A DNA stretch of 64,000 nt from NCBI GenBank assembly GCA_028534125.1, contig CM052817.1, forward strand, positions 29,266,001 through 29,330,000, in the 5' to 3' direction. Each line of letters begins with the position of its first letter. The stretch's first letter is position 1. This document shows positions 13,055 to 25,311 of the stretch, in pieces. The notes under the pieces were generated by a model. The model saw nothing but the letters and a program-made list of their open reading frames with translations. It made no database searches and was not told where the DNA came from. The DNA comes from Lama glama. Its lineage: Eukaryota. The translations under genes and the position numbers were made by a program.

Positions 13055-13954
13055 AGATCAACTTGGACAATTGTATTAATTGGACATTCTCATTAAACAC
13101 TGAAATAAAAGGGTAAAGCTCCTCGAGTTGCAACAATACTCCTATTACATTTACAACCATGAAAAAGCCGTAGGTGAAAGATTTCTGAATTAGCTTAAAT
13201 GCTAAAGAAAGAAACGTAAATTCCTAGTGCCAGGTAGAGTTACTAAGCAAATATATGTATAAATATATATATATTAATTTGGTACAAGTGTCAGCTCTCC
13301 CCAGGTCCTACTTTCTAATCTAATCTTGAGTATTGGACTCTGAGGCTATAACCATCTCTGCAGACCTATTTTTTGACTTGGCCCATCTCTCCCTGCAAGT
13401 TTGTTTCTGATTTCTGGGACTTCGGTGAGTGAAGAAGGCACTTTTCTACTGAGTTCAGTTAGGTACTTTGTAGGTTTCAGCCCATCTTGTATGATGCTTT
13501 CTTTGCTGCTCTTTGATATTTCTTTGCCTTTAGTCTCATAAATATCTTGTGCACAGTTGACTTTAAGCAATTTAATCATCATTGCTAATTTTATTCAATA
13601 ACTGATTCTAAAGGTGATTCTCATTTTGGCTGAGCTGGTATTTTTCACTCAGAGCCCTCATCGAGCACTCTAGGACATGTTTTCTGTAGGGGTCATGTGG
13701 TCTCAAAGATATGTGTTTACTTTCCATGGACTCTTCAAGCCTGCGTCAGATAGCTTCCTACTGCTTTAAAGCTAGGACTCCCACTGCTGAGTGGTGCCGC
13801 TAGTGCTTAGGTCTTCTGCAAAGTGGACACAATCAACATGACTGAGCTTCATTAATGAGAGACTTTTGAGATACTTGCCCATGCACTTATCCAATTTCTG
13901 TTCAATGTTGAATCGTGTTGCCAGTGTCAGAGAGGGATGGCCAGAAACAGAAAG

Positions 13955-14150
13955 GAGCCCAGACTAAAATCTAGGCAACTTGGGCTTAATTCAGTCTCAC
14001 TACCTACCAAGTATATTCCTAATATTTTCTCTCTTCTAAAAATTGGGAATAATAATATTTCTTACTGCAAGTTACACAGAACCTTAATCTGAGTTGCCTC
14101 AAGGACTAAATAAAATCGTGAACGTGGAAGCACTTAACAAATGTTATACA
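13955..14150 (+). mobile_element. MIR fragment
   Basis: CTTCTAAAAATTGGGAATAATAAT...GTGGAAGCACTT. Confidence 0.5.
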
Positions 14151-15495
14151 AATAAATTATTTATATAGTAAGTACAGGTCTAATGTTTCTAAAGTTCCTT
14201 GAGAGTATCCTTAGAGTATGCACTATTCTAAAGATACGATAATGATGTATAAAAAATTCACAAAATGTAAAAGCAAGTTCAGTCTCTTGTATATTGTGGA
14301 GTCTTTTTCTCTCTTTACATAATCAAATAATTGCTCTGGCTTTTCTTCTTCACATATGCTCCAAATAATGACACAAAATAAAGGACATCGAGTAGATGAG
14401 GAACACTGTGATGAATCCTGGGGGCCCAGTGAATTTCAGCAGTAGAAAGGCAATCCCGGAGGTCTGCTGACCCCAGACCCATCTGTTGGCCTGTTTCACA
14501 GCCTCCTGGTGTACAGAGTATTGCTTTGGAGGGATAACTTTGTGGTGGAGCAGCAAGGCCTCCTGTTTCAGGCTATGAGCTGAGACTTTTAGGCGATGAC
14601 CACCACAACCAAGAGAACAGGCGGATGCTGTCTATGAACCCAGTCTTGCAAGACCCATGAATAAATTACATACTGAAAGCTTTCTGTGAACTGAATTTTC
14701 CAAAGACCTTTCTTCACTTTCTGCTCCATTTCTCTTAGCTGCTGCTTTTCCTTTTACTGTCCTCCTGCCTTAGCAATGCTGAGGGCTTTTGTCTGTGATG
14801 CATTTGATTAAAAACAAGTAACACATGGGCTCTTTAAATGAGGCAAAAATGAGATACTCTATTTTCCATAAAGAGCAAATAAATTCTTACACCATCCTGT
14901 GTTATATTATGTAGGTTCACTACTGTACACCAACTACTTGGGCCCATAGCAGAGTTCCTGACACAGAGAAAGCATTTAATGTGATTTTGAATAAATGATT
15001 GATGTAATATGCAGTATTCAGAATTATTGTTTGCCTTTTTCTATATACATCCAAAAGTGATAAAGCAAATTATCGTATCTTCTAAATTTTTCTTCAGATA
15101 AAAGACCTATGCTTCAGTTATCTAGATACGTTTATAAAGATACTCATTGAAAAATACGTCCATTCTCTGGAGGATGGAATAGATTTTCTTTTAGCATCTT
15201 TAGTGTACCTCCAATAATCAATTAAAAATTGACCTGCTTATTTGAGAAGATAAATATATGCCTAAAACCTTAATCTTAAATAAAATGGAGGTTCATTGAA
15301 AATAAATTAAAGGGTAGCTATTTTGGTGATCTAACAGTCTGTCTGCAAAATGGACATTTAAAGAAACTATTTGTCATGCAGAAGGTGGTTCTTTTATTCT
15401 GTGATTTTTTGGAAACAATTCCTAAGATTGTTTCATTTTCTACATTTGATTGTGGGGATGGTCTTTTGGACTTCCTCTGTGGAAGACTTTAATAC

Positions 15496-15859
15496 CGTAT
15501 CTTAGCTCAGACTACTGAAACAAAACATTTGACTGAGTGACTTAACAGAAATTTATTTCTCACTATTACAGAGGCTGGGAAGTCTGAGATCAAGTTGCCT
15601 GCTGACTTGGTTCCTGTCCAGGGCCCTTTTCCTGGTTTGCAACAGCTACCCTCTTGCTGTATCTTTGCATGGTGGGCGGAAAAAAGAGGACAGTTAGGAT
15701 GTCCGGTGTCTCTTTTATAAGGCACTAATCCCATCATGAGGGTTCCACCCTCATCTAAGCCTAATTATCTCCTATAGGCCCTACCTCCTAACACCATCAC
15801 ATGGGCTATTAGGGTTTCAAGATGTGAATTTGGGAGGACAATACATTTGGTCCATAGCA
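15496..15859 (-). mobile_element. MaLR solo LTR (MLT1A/B-like)
   Basis: AACAGAAATTTATTTCTCAC...GAGGCTGGGAAGTCTGAGATCAAG...CACTAATCCCATCATGAGGG...TCCATAGCA. Confidence 0.9.
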
Positions 15860-17384
15860 TATCAGTAGCACTAAAGTGATAACTTTACTGAAGGAGAAAC
15901 GGCCACATCATAGTTACTGTGCTCAGAAATAACAAAGCAAGTTTCAGAAGAGCTTCTGAGAGTTGTTCCTTAAGAAACATGATCAAGAGTATTTAGTAAT
16001 TTACACTAAAGAATCAGGCATAATGTAAATACTTCTCAAATTTTACAATGTAAAGTCAACACAAAAAGATATCAGTGTAATTATCAGTGATGGTCCTTGA
16101 ATTAAGCAAATAAAAAAGAAAAATGAGTAACACTGCTTCACTAACTGTATTTACTTTCACTACTTCTATTTACGGCTAATGATACTGGTTTTTCATTTAA
16201 GGTGTTAATTTAACAATTCCTTTTCAAAGCTCAACTTATACTAAGTCATTTGATTTAAAACATATTAAATAAGTTCTTAGATATGACAAAATCCTAAAGT
16301 CAGTATGTTAGAAGATAAAGTAGAATACTAGATTATCATGATTGAGTGTTCTTTCTGTAAACACCCCTATCAATATCTTTTGTGACCTTTTGCAACAGTC
16401 AACAATTCTTACAATAGGTCTTATTTACTTAAGGTTTTATTTGTTGCACTTTGAGCTAATTTCATCTTTCAGTTTTCCATCATGGTTACCACTACCCCCT
16501 GTTACACACACTGAGCCATGTTACTTTCTATTGGAATTATGGAAAGATATATACAACCAACTCTACAACTTAGTTGGGTTGGTAAGACATGTCTGCAAGG
16601 GAGGGCAATTACCATGAGGTGCCCTTTACCCAGCTGCAGAATACTAGGAAGATAATAATCTTAGTGTCTACGTGCAAGATGTGCATTCAGTTGTCTTTAG
16701 CGATTATCTAAAGTTTATGAGGTGATAATCATCAAGTGCATATAATCTTCTAAATGTGTTTCCTTTGGCCTGAAATTCTAACTTTTGAAATCATTTATAA
16801 AAAGCATATCATTCTATGTGAATTTAAGTCTTACAAGAAATAGTAGTTAAGTAGTTAAAACAATGGTTCATATTAGTTTCTCTAAGAGGGATGGATGGTG
16901 GTCCAGATACAGAAAGTAAAAGAGAATGAATGTTGAAAGAGGAAATGACAAGCTTGCAGGAGAAAAGCACGCTTTGTGCCCCTCCCCCACCTTTTTTTTT
17001 TTTGGTAACTCAGTGGCATCCCTCCCTTTCTTCCAAATTGCATCTTTCCCAGGAGGCATTTTCTAGTTTCTGAGAAGATGGTTTGAATAAATTTATTTTA
17101 ATTTTACTTTAAAAAAAGAATGTCACATACATCTTTAAGAGAGAAGTCTTCACCGGTTAGTTCAAGTTCATAATAAACTGGGCAACATTGGGGTGGATTC
17201 TGTGCCTGAATAGCTCACATCATCTAACTGCTCACTTGTACTTCATGAGGCCGGAGATGCCAGAGTGGGTCTAGGAACTCAGAAGGAATCTTTCTCTTCT
17301 TCCTTCTCCTATAAGTGTAAATAATCAATTAGGTGGGACTAGGACCTGATGTGTAGTGATGAAGATATCACGATGGTCATGATG

Positions 17385-17600
17385 ATAATATAATGATCAT
17401 TATTACAATATTAATATTTATTGAGTGCTTACTGTTTATTATTCATTATTTGAAGCATTTTGCATTAATATGTTCATTACAACTCTAGTGTAAAGTAGAT
17501 ATGATTATTTTTCCCATTTTATAGATGAGAAAATAGAGGCACAGAGAAAGTGACTTGTTCCAGAAGACGGCATTGCTGAGATTGAATCTAGCCATCTTGC
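17385..17600 (-). mobile_element. MIR SINE
   Basis: ATTTATTGAGTGCTTAC...CCCATTTTATAGATGAGAAAATAGAGGCACAGAGA. Confidence 0.85.
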
Positions 17601-19459
17601 TTGTTTATTCTTGACTTCTTTCCTCCATGCAACTGTTAGGAATGTGCCAAGATCTCAAGATTTGAATTTGAGAAAGGAAGAAATGTGAAAGTGATGGAGA
17701 GAGTAGAAGTCTGTTTAGATCCCAAGATTAAAACATGTGTTTGGACTCAGCTTTTAACAGAATGCTACAATAATGGTATTGGGTGACATTAGATTCTCAT
17801 TTTCCTGCCATTCCTTACATAAAACACTTTCTTAAGGTTTATGGGTAGAATTTTGGGATGCAGTAATTTAATTGACAAGAACAATGGTTGGTCATTTCTT
17901 TCTTTCTTGTCAAGTAACTTCACCCAATACCCATCATTATTGCTAATTTAAATAATATTAATTACAACTTTATAGTATGCAACTAGTTTAAATTGACTTT
18001 TTTATTGTTTCCATTTATTAAAAGTAACACAAGCAAAGTTTATCTTCTTTGCTACAACCTTCAAATATTTGAAAAGTCAGTGTGGTGGAGTGACCAAAGC
18101 AGCGTGACTGCTTGATTTGTACTTTCCCAGTTCATTGTCCTCTTTACTGTTTTGTTAAGATCCATGTCCCATTCAGCCTAAGCCTAAGAAACAGTCATTT
18201 CAGAGCAGATAATGAGGATGCTTCAAGAAAACTATTTTCATGGAGGAACTTTTCAGAAGATACTTCTTCCTTCAAAGAATTAGGTAAGCTTGACCATATA
18301 ACATGTTTTGAGGGTTCAGAGCTGAGTCTGTTCACGTGATGTTTATTTATCAAATGTGCTCCTTGTCCAGCCACTAGGATCTTAATTATGTAACTAAGAA
18401 TTATATATGTTAATTAACTAATTATATAACTAATTAATTGGGGAGCAGAGGGAGAGGAGTTGGGAAGATAAGAGAGAAAAGGAAGAAATCAACCAAGAGA
18501 TGTAGAAACTGATGGAGATATTTTGCCTCAAGAGTCCTTAAAATTGAGAGACTCAAAATCAGTATTTCCTAGATGTTGTTAAAGGAAACATAATTTTTTT
18601 TTCTATTCAACATACCACCTGGGTTTGAAACCCTAACATTGAGTAAAGTTGAACGTTTGTTTGTTATTGCCTGTTTCCCAGAGTGTGCAGCTACAGAATA
18701 AGTAGCACTGAGAGTACTTGGGGAAAAAGGAAGCTGTACTTAAGTGGATATGAAGTGTCTTCATCTAGTTTGGGAGACAGTTGGGGCCTCAGCAACTAAC
18801 AGTATTAAAAAGGGCCAGACTAGAAGAAATAATGCTTGGATGCCCTGTGGTTGCTAATTGACATGGTTGTGATATCCAGGAAATACACTGCAGGATGAAT
18901 GGAGTGATTTTTGGCAGCAAATGTCTTGCTTAAAGCAGGAAATTCTGCAATAGCAGGTGGGCAGTGAAGGAGCAGAGCCAGAAAATCTATTTTTCTACAT
19001 TTGACTCTTCTTCAAATCCTGGTCTTGCCTGGGCACCTGACAGAGGGTTACAGATGTCTAGAAATTATTTCTAAACTCTCATTGAATTAAATGAGCCTTC
19101 ATTTACTTGTTAGTAAATAAGAGAAATATTAGATAACACATATTGCATGTTTAATTAAGGAATCATTTATGAACACACTATACAGTACTGTGCTGGGTAG
19201 GTGCCTTGGACAGTTGGAAAGATGCAATGCTTTGAGGGGAAAATGGCATGCAAACATGAAAGTTTTACATATGTGCAGCAGTTTACTGCTTGGAAAAATA
19301 AATATTTAGGACATTCCCAGAGAAGGAAAAAGTAAAAGTGATTTGGGGTTTGTTATAGAAGTGGCATTAGGGACAGAGCACTGGATGAAGAACTTAAAAG
19401 ATAAGTAGGATTTGGATCAGAAGAGAAAAAAATTATAGCCCAGGTGAATCTAAGCCCCA

Positions 19460-19578
19460 TTCACTTTAGAATCTTAAGCTCCACAAAGGCATTTTTTTCC
19501 TTCCCTGCTGTATGCTCAGAACCCAGAACTGTGCCTGGCACATAACAGATATTCAGTAAATGTTAAATGAATGAATGC
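19460..19578 (+). mobile_element. L2 3' terminus
   Basis: AGAACTGTGCCTGGCACATAACAGATATTCAGTAAATG...AATGAATGAATG. Confidence 0.85.
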
Positions 19579-20485
19579 TGAGTTGTCAAAACACTTTAAA
19601 ACTATTGTATTCCTTTTCTGGTGACATTTGATAGGATCTAATTAAAGAGAAGTTTTTCCTCCTTGGACTTGAATTTGGCAGTGAATACAGCTAAGGTTGA
19701 CCAATTTCTGTCTCACTATTAAACCTTTCATGGAGTTTTACTCAAAGGCACTTATTAATGAGCAGCTGCCCAGGGCAGTGATAATGACGAGGATAATACA
19801 TGGCCCTTATGCAGTCTCCCTTATCCATGGAAACCTAAGTGCTTTACCAACAGTAATTATAGCTCTTATGGGAGGTCGGAAAATATAATTAACGCCATTT
19901 ACAGATAAAAATAGAAATAGAGATATTAAGCAACCAGCTTAGAGAGATGTATTAAGTCAGCCATTTATTTTCAAAATGTCAGCCTTTAAATCTTAAAGCT
20001 GAAGACAATGAATTACCAATATCTGTTAATTCTTCAAGCCATAAATTTGATCGTCTCTCTTTTAGAGATGGTAATAAGATGACAGAAAAGAAGGTACAAT
20101 TTGAAATTTGTCAGTTAATGCACACTGTGAGACCTAATTCAAATTCTTGTACAAGTTGATGGGTGTTAATAGGGTAAGGAAAGTGTACATCTCTCGGAAG
20201 TCCTCTACATAAGTTTCCTTGGCTCGAATAAATTTAGGCAAGTAATAATTCTGCAGTTCTCAAGTCAACATTATTATCACATGTTTGGTTCCCTGTTCTC
20301 AAGTCTCTTCTGCTTTTTTCTCCTCACTTATAAAAATGGCCCTACCCCAGACACTAAGATGGAGGTTGTGTCTGTTAAGTGGATCTAAAGAACGTTTGAG
20401 TTACACTGATTCACCATCAAGATAAGCTTATTTTGAGTTTGATTTGATCTTGTTTTCTACTCATAGTGATGAAAGCTCTCCATTA

Positions 20486-20486
<1 letters not shown>

Positions 20487-20525
<39 letters not shown>
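20487..20525. repeat. (TG)19 microsatellite
   Basis: Direct inspection. Confidence 0.95.
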
Positions 20526-20526
<1 letters not shown>

Positions 20527-20979
20527 GCGGGAACACCATGCATTTTTTTCCCTCTTCTTTTGTTAGTAGTACTCTTGAGTCAGGATATTTCTGACACAGG
20601 TGACAGAAAACTACCCCCAACTGGATATAAGCAAAGAAGTTTGTTGGTTCTATTAATTAATTCAGTGGTGGAACTGTCTTCAATTATGGTCTCCTTGAGC
20701 TCAAAAAATGTCATCAAATTCTAGTTTTTTCTCTTCTCTTGCTCAACTCTTACCAGTGTATTGGCTTTGCATTTCTTGTCCAAGGCATATTACCCAATGC
20801 ATTAAGTTGGAAAAATTAGGGCCCACCCTTGATGAGGGGTTGGAATCTATCTTCACTCAAACCATATCTCTGGTTGTAATGTTGCAATACTCGCTCCTAA
20901 CTTTTAGGGAGCTGATCCTTCGCCCTGTGCAACCGTATAATTTGTCACACAGCTGCCAGTCACAGTACTCCACAGTAGC

Positions 20980-21364
20980 TGTGCCTCCATCCCTCCACCC
21001 CCAGGGTTTGACATATGACACAGTGGGTTCATCATAGGTCTGATCCCGCATCTAAAGTGATTGACTGGTCCCCTGAGTGACCAGTGCCAGTTAAATCAAT
21101 GCCTGTCCCTGAGATCTGATCTTACATGAGGCAGATACTCAGAGATAAGCTAAGGGCTTCATAAGGGTTTGAGAAATGTATTTATAGACCTGTCTGCTTG
21201 CTTTTAGGCTCGGAGATTACCAGAACTTCCCTGGTTTCTGCAGCCTCCCTGTTAAGTCTGTGATTTACCCCAGTATCCCTACAAAACCCTTCTTTGTTGT
21301 TGCTTGTTTAAATCAAGTCTTGTTAGGCTTCTATTACTAACAGTAAAAAACGTCCTTGGTAACA
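20980..21364 (+). mobile_element. Old ERVL-type LTR fragment (LTR16/LTR33-like)
   Basis: AAAGTGATTGACT... and a 3' end GGCTTCTATTACTAACAGTAAAAAACGTCCTTGGTAACA. Confidence 0.4.
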
Positions 21365-21474
21365 CTCTTTTGTTCTTGAGACTTTAGTTTCTTCCTACTT
21401 CCAGTAAGTGGGCCCTTATCTTACTTTCCTGTGTCTGAGTACCTGGTTTGAAAAATTGCCTGGTTAAAAAGACC

Positions 21475-22200
21475 TTTTTTATTTTTACTGTGACATACTT
21501 TTAGACTTACAAAAAATTTTGTGTAATAGTACAGAAGATTTCTTTCTACCCAGATCACCCAAATACTAATGCCTTATGTGTCTTCATCTTTCCTTTCTCT
21601 ATGTAAACATGATTTGTATAAATTGAGACTAAGCTGAAAACTTGATGCCTCTTGACCCGTAAATCTTCAGTGTCTTCTTCCTAAAAAAGCAGGTGTACCA
21701 TTTTGCTTAAATGCCATCATCAGGAAATTATTGAAGACAAATAATAGTATGCAACCTACAGTTTTTATTCAGATATTGCCAATTGCTGCAATTATGGTAT
21801 TGATAGCAAAAAAAAAAAAATCCTGGATCTTACATTGCTTCCAGTAGTCATGTCTTTGGTCTCCATTAATCTCATACAGCCTTCAGTTTTGCTTCCCACC
21901 CCGACCCCCAACGTTGGCATTGTTGAGAGACAGGCCAGTTATTTTGTGCTGTGACGTACGATGTGGTTTGTCTCAGTGCTGGTGACATGCACCTTGATCA
22001 CTTGGTGAAGGTGGCATCTACTAGTGTCTTCACAACGTGGTTTGTCAGTTTTTTCCTTTGTAATGGATGCATATGTTGTGGGGGGTACTTCGACCAACAT
22101 TATTTCACTCCTTGTACTTTCACCTATTTTTGCATCCCAGGTCCTTATAAATGATCCCATCTCTGCTTCACCAGTTTCCAATGAGTGATGTCTACTTTCT
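21475..22200 (-). mobile_element. Old L1 (L1MC-like) 3' region
   Basis: TTTTAGACTTACAAAAAA...AATAGTACAG...ACCTTGATCACTTGGTGAAGGTGG. Confidence 0.75.
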
Positions 22201-25099
22201 CTCACCTTGCGGTCCCTGCCTCCACCCAGAATACACACAGCAAATATCCTGTTCTGTAATTAGGACGGTGCCCATTCTATAATCAGTACAAGTCCTGCTA
22301 TGCGCTATTAGAATGCGCTGACTGCCCTTTGCCAGGCGTAATCTTAGGCTTCTTGCCATCGTTTTAGGCAGCTTGTCACTCATCTTCTGGATTTGCCATT
22401 TAGTATTTTATTGAAAATAGCCTGTATTATTGCCTACTTAGCTCTGGCTTTATCTTCCAAACAATTGACTCTTCCTAACTAATTGAATGACCTTCAATCT
22501 GTAGCTAGAATCTCCTCCAATTTTGTTTGTGTTTTGTTTTTATTTTTAGACCTGCCAAGTCTCCTAGCTATCTTAATCTAGCTAACCCTCAATACCATTT
22601 TCTGTTTATAGTGAAATAAATATCAGTCTCTGACTGCTCAATACCTGGTGATTAAGAAACGTGCAAAATATTATAGAGCCACTCTACTGTCTGGCAGTGA
22701 TGCTGATAACTAGTTCCAGTAGGGAAGCTTTGAATCATGCCATTTTTAAATTTGAGTTTCACCATACATAAACTTGTGAAAGCTAATCTATATGGTTATA
22801 TAAATGGCATGCACTGAGAGATGAGTGACGTTCAGTCCTGAAATCTTCACAAAGAAAATTGACCAGCTGAAGCAACGGAGGAATCGAGGGTTGTTGTGAG
22901 TATGCTTGTGTTCAGTTCAAGATGAGCTCAGGACACTGGGATGAGGAAGGAGGAGCAGGAAAACACCCCCCCACCCCCCGCCGCTCCCTAAGAAGAGGAG
23001 GGGAACTTAGAAGTCAGAGGATGCTTCCTATCACTATAATAGCAAGGAAATAAAAAAAACAATTCACTTGGGAGCACTTCTACAATTTAGGAACATTTCT
23101 TAGTCTTTGTGAATTCCTTGATATTTATTGTTTTTAATTGTTTTTTGTTTCTTAGTGACAAAGAGCAGTAAAACTCTTGGTAACAAGTATGACCCTCTGT
23201 AGAGGAGCAAAAAGGGGAAAGCTAAAGAAAAAGGCTCCTAGTCTAAACAGTGCTAATGATTTCAGAAGGAAAGGACAGGTTATGTCCTTAATGCCTGACC
23301 AGGGGCAGAAACAGACATTGTAGAGAGATGTTCTGGTGTGAGGAGCAGTCCTCGGTTTACCCATAAATGGTCCTCCCGGGCTTCTGGACACTGAACATTA
23401 AGATAGTTTCAAACCTAAAGGATTCTGGCTTCTTTATTCATGTTTGTGCTTCAGCCACAACTTTATCATATGCTACTGTTACTGCACAAGTGAAGAGTTC
23501 TGAATAACATATCCCTTTCCATCTGTAAGATCCACGAGGACAAGCGCCTGTGTTGTTTACTGCGATATTCCATGGCATGTTGCCAGTAAATATACGGTCA
23601 CTCTCTGACAGGCTTGCTTCAACCCCGAGCTTTCTGGCTGCAGGTGGTAGCACTTTGCCTTTGCTTTCCCCCCCTCCAGTAATGACTCAACAAATCATAT
23701 TTTTAACTTTGGAAAAGATATGCAAGAGCTTAAAGAACTTGATATAGTCCTTTTTACATATTGTTGAAAGAACTAGTTTAGGAAATTTATAAACCAAATC
23801 AGACCAGATCTGTTTATTCTAAACTCTGGAATCCAATTACATACTGAAGAAAATGATAAAGGTAACTGGAGCATAGTAGGGTGGGCTGTAAATTAGCAGA
23901 ATTTGGAGGCTGATTACTTGTCCTTATCCCAATGTTCCCTTTCTACAAGGATGTAGACGAAATCATGCCAAAACCAGACCAAATGAGTGATACTCAGGTC
24001 TGTTCCCTTTCCTTCTTGTAATGGAGTTTGCTCCCAAACTTCCTGGAGAGCAACCTTACCCAGATTTTCACTTTTAATTAAATGCAAATTCTAGCCTTCA
24101 CTATAAGAAATTTGCTGTATTATCAATATTAATAACATCCAGCCTGAAGAAAAATGTGAAGAGTCTTCAGGATTGATTCTCCCTTGGCTAAGCAGGGTTC
24201 AGAGACAGACACTGTGGGTCGCATTATCTCTGTCTATACGCACCTCCAGGATTTGATCTCAGTGCCCCCATGTGGGAGACCTCAGTCACAGATTTGTAAA
24301 CCTATTGTTGAATTTTAATCCTTCTGAAATTCTAATTAAGTTATGGTCTTAGTGCAAAGTAATTATGTTTACTGACAGACCTATGACTGATACAAGCCAC
24401 AAAGCAATTAGCTAAGGAGAGACAAAAATATGGCTAATAACATTGACGTACTGGTCCCAGGCAGAATTAACATTATCTTTGAAATGTGGATCCTTCTGCA
24501 CAGATCGTTGACATGGTTGTCATAGAAACTGCTTGTCATTACTACAGCCTCCAGATACTTGTTCTAGGTTCAAATACTCATTGCCATTTGCATTCATTTG
24601 GTCAGATAAGATGTCTTATCTCAGGCACTTTTTTCATCCATAAGTATGTTGACTCCCTTTAAATAATGAAAAACCAATTAAAACTTAGTAACTACAGATG
24701 TGTCAGCATTTAAAATTCAGTTGATAATGGCTAATAGGATCACTGAGACATAATTGTGGTTAATGTTATAAGGATTTTATAGTCAACTATGAATTATTTG
24801 CAATGTGGTTTAAAGTTCTGAGACTCAAGAAATATGAGTAGTCTTTTTTTTTTTAACCTAAATGGAAGAATTCATGAAATGTTTTCTAAGTGAGTCTTTA
24901 CAGATATACTTGAATATGGTTCCAAAGTGTTTGATGTTGGAAAAATTCACCACACTGCCAACAAATAATGAAAGTATACCAGTAGGATCTAGTCACAGAG
25001 AATTAGTAAATATATTCAATTTCTCCCTTATTTATTTGCTTAAATTTCCTAACTGCTTAAGCTATTGCTGGGAGAAGATGGTATTAGCCTTCACATTGA

Positions 25100-25311
25100 T
25101 ATATTGAGCAGAATGATTTTTAATTTTGCAGGACTGTATTTAGCATTTTAGGAAATTTAGCATCTCCGTCCTCCAAACACTAAATGCCAGTCATAGCTCT
25201 CTGCTCCAGTCACAGTACCAACCAAATATGACTCTACACATTTCCAAATGTCCCCTATGTAGACCCCGGGACAGTAAGAGTGAGTGTACTAATGCTGGTT
25301 GGAAACCACTG
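25100..25311 (-). mobile_element. hAT-Charlie MITE (MER20-like)
   Basis: ACATTTCCAAATGTCCCCT...GGTTGGAAACCACTG terminus. Confidence 0.65.

Noticed and set aside
13346..13582. 78-aa Lys/Ser-rich ORF and nearby GTGAGT donor-like site
   Set aside because: No recognisable protein and no partner exons.
18204..18283. AG...GTAAGC-bounded open segment (ADNEDASRKLFSWRNFSEDTSSFKEL)
   Set aside because: Weak polypyrimidine tract and no recognisable protein; cannot be supported without RNA data.
23630..23655. CTCF-like CAGGTGGTAGCAC
   Set aside because: Mismatches at the conserved 5' CC and GGC positions.
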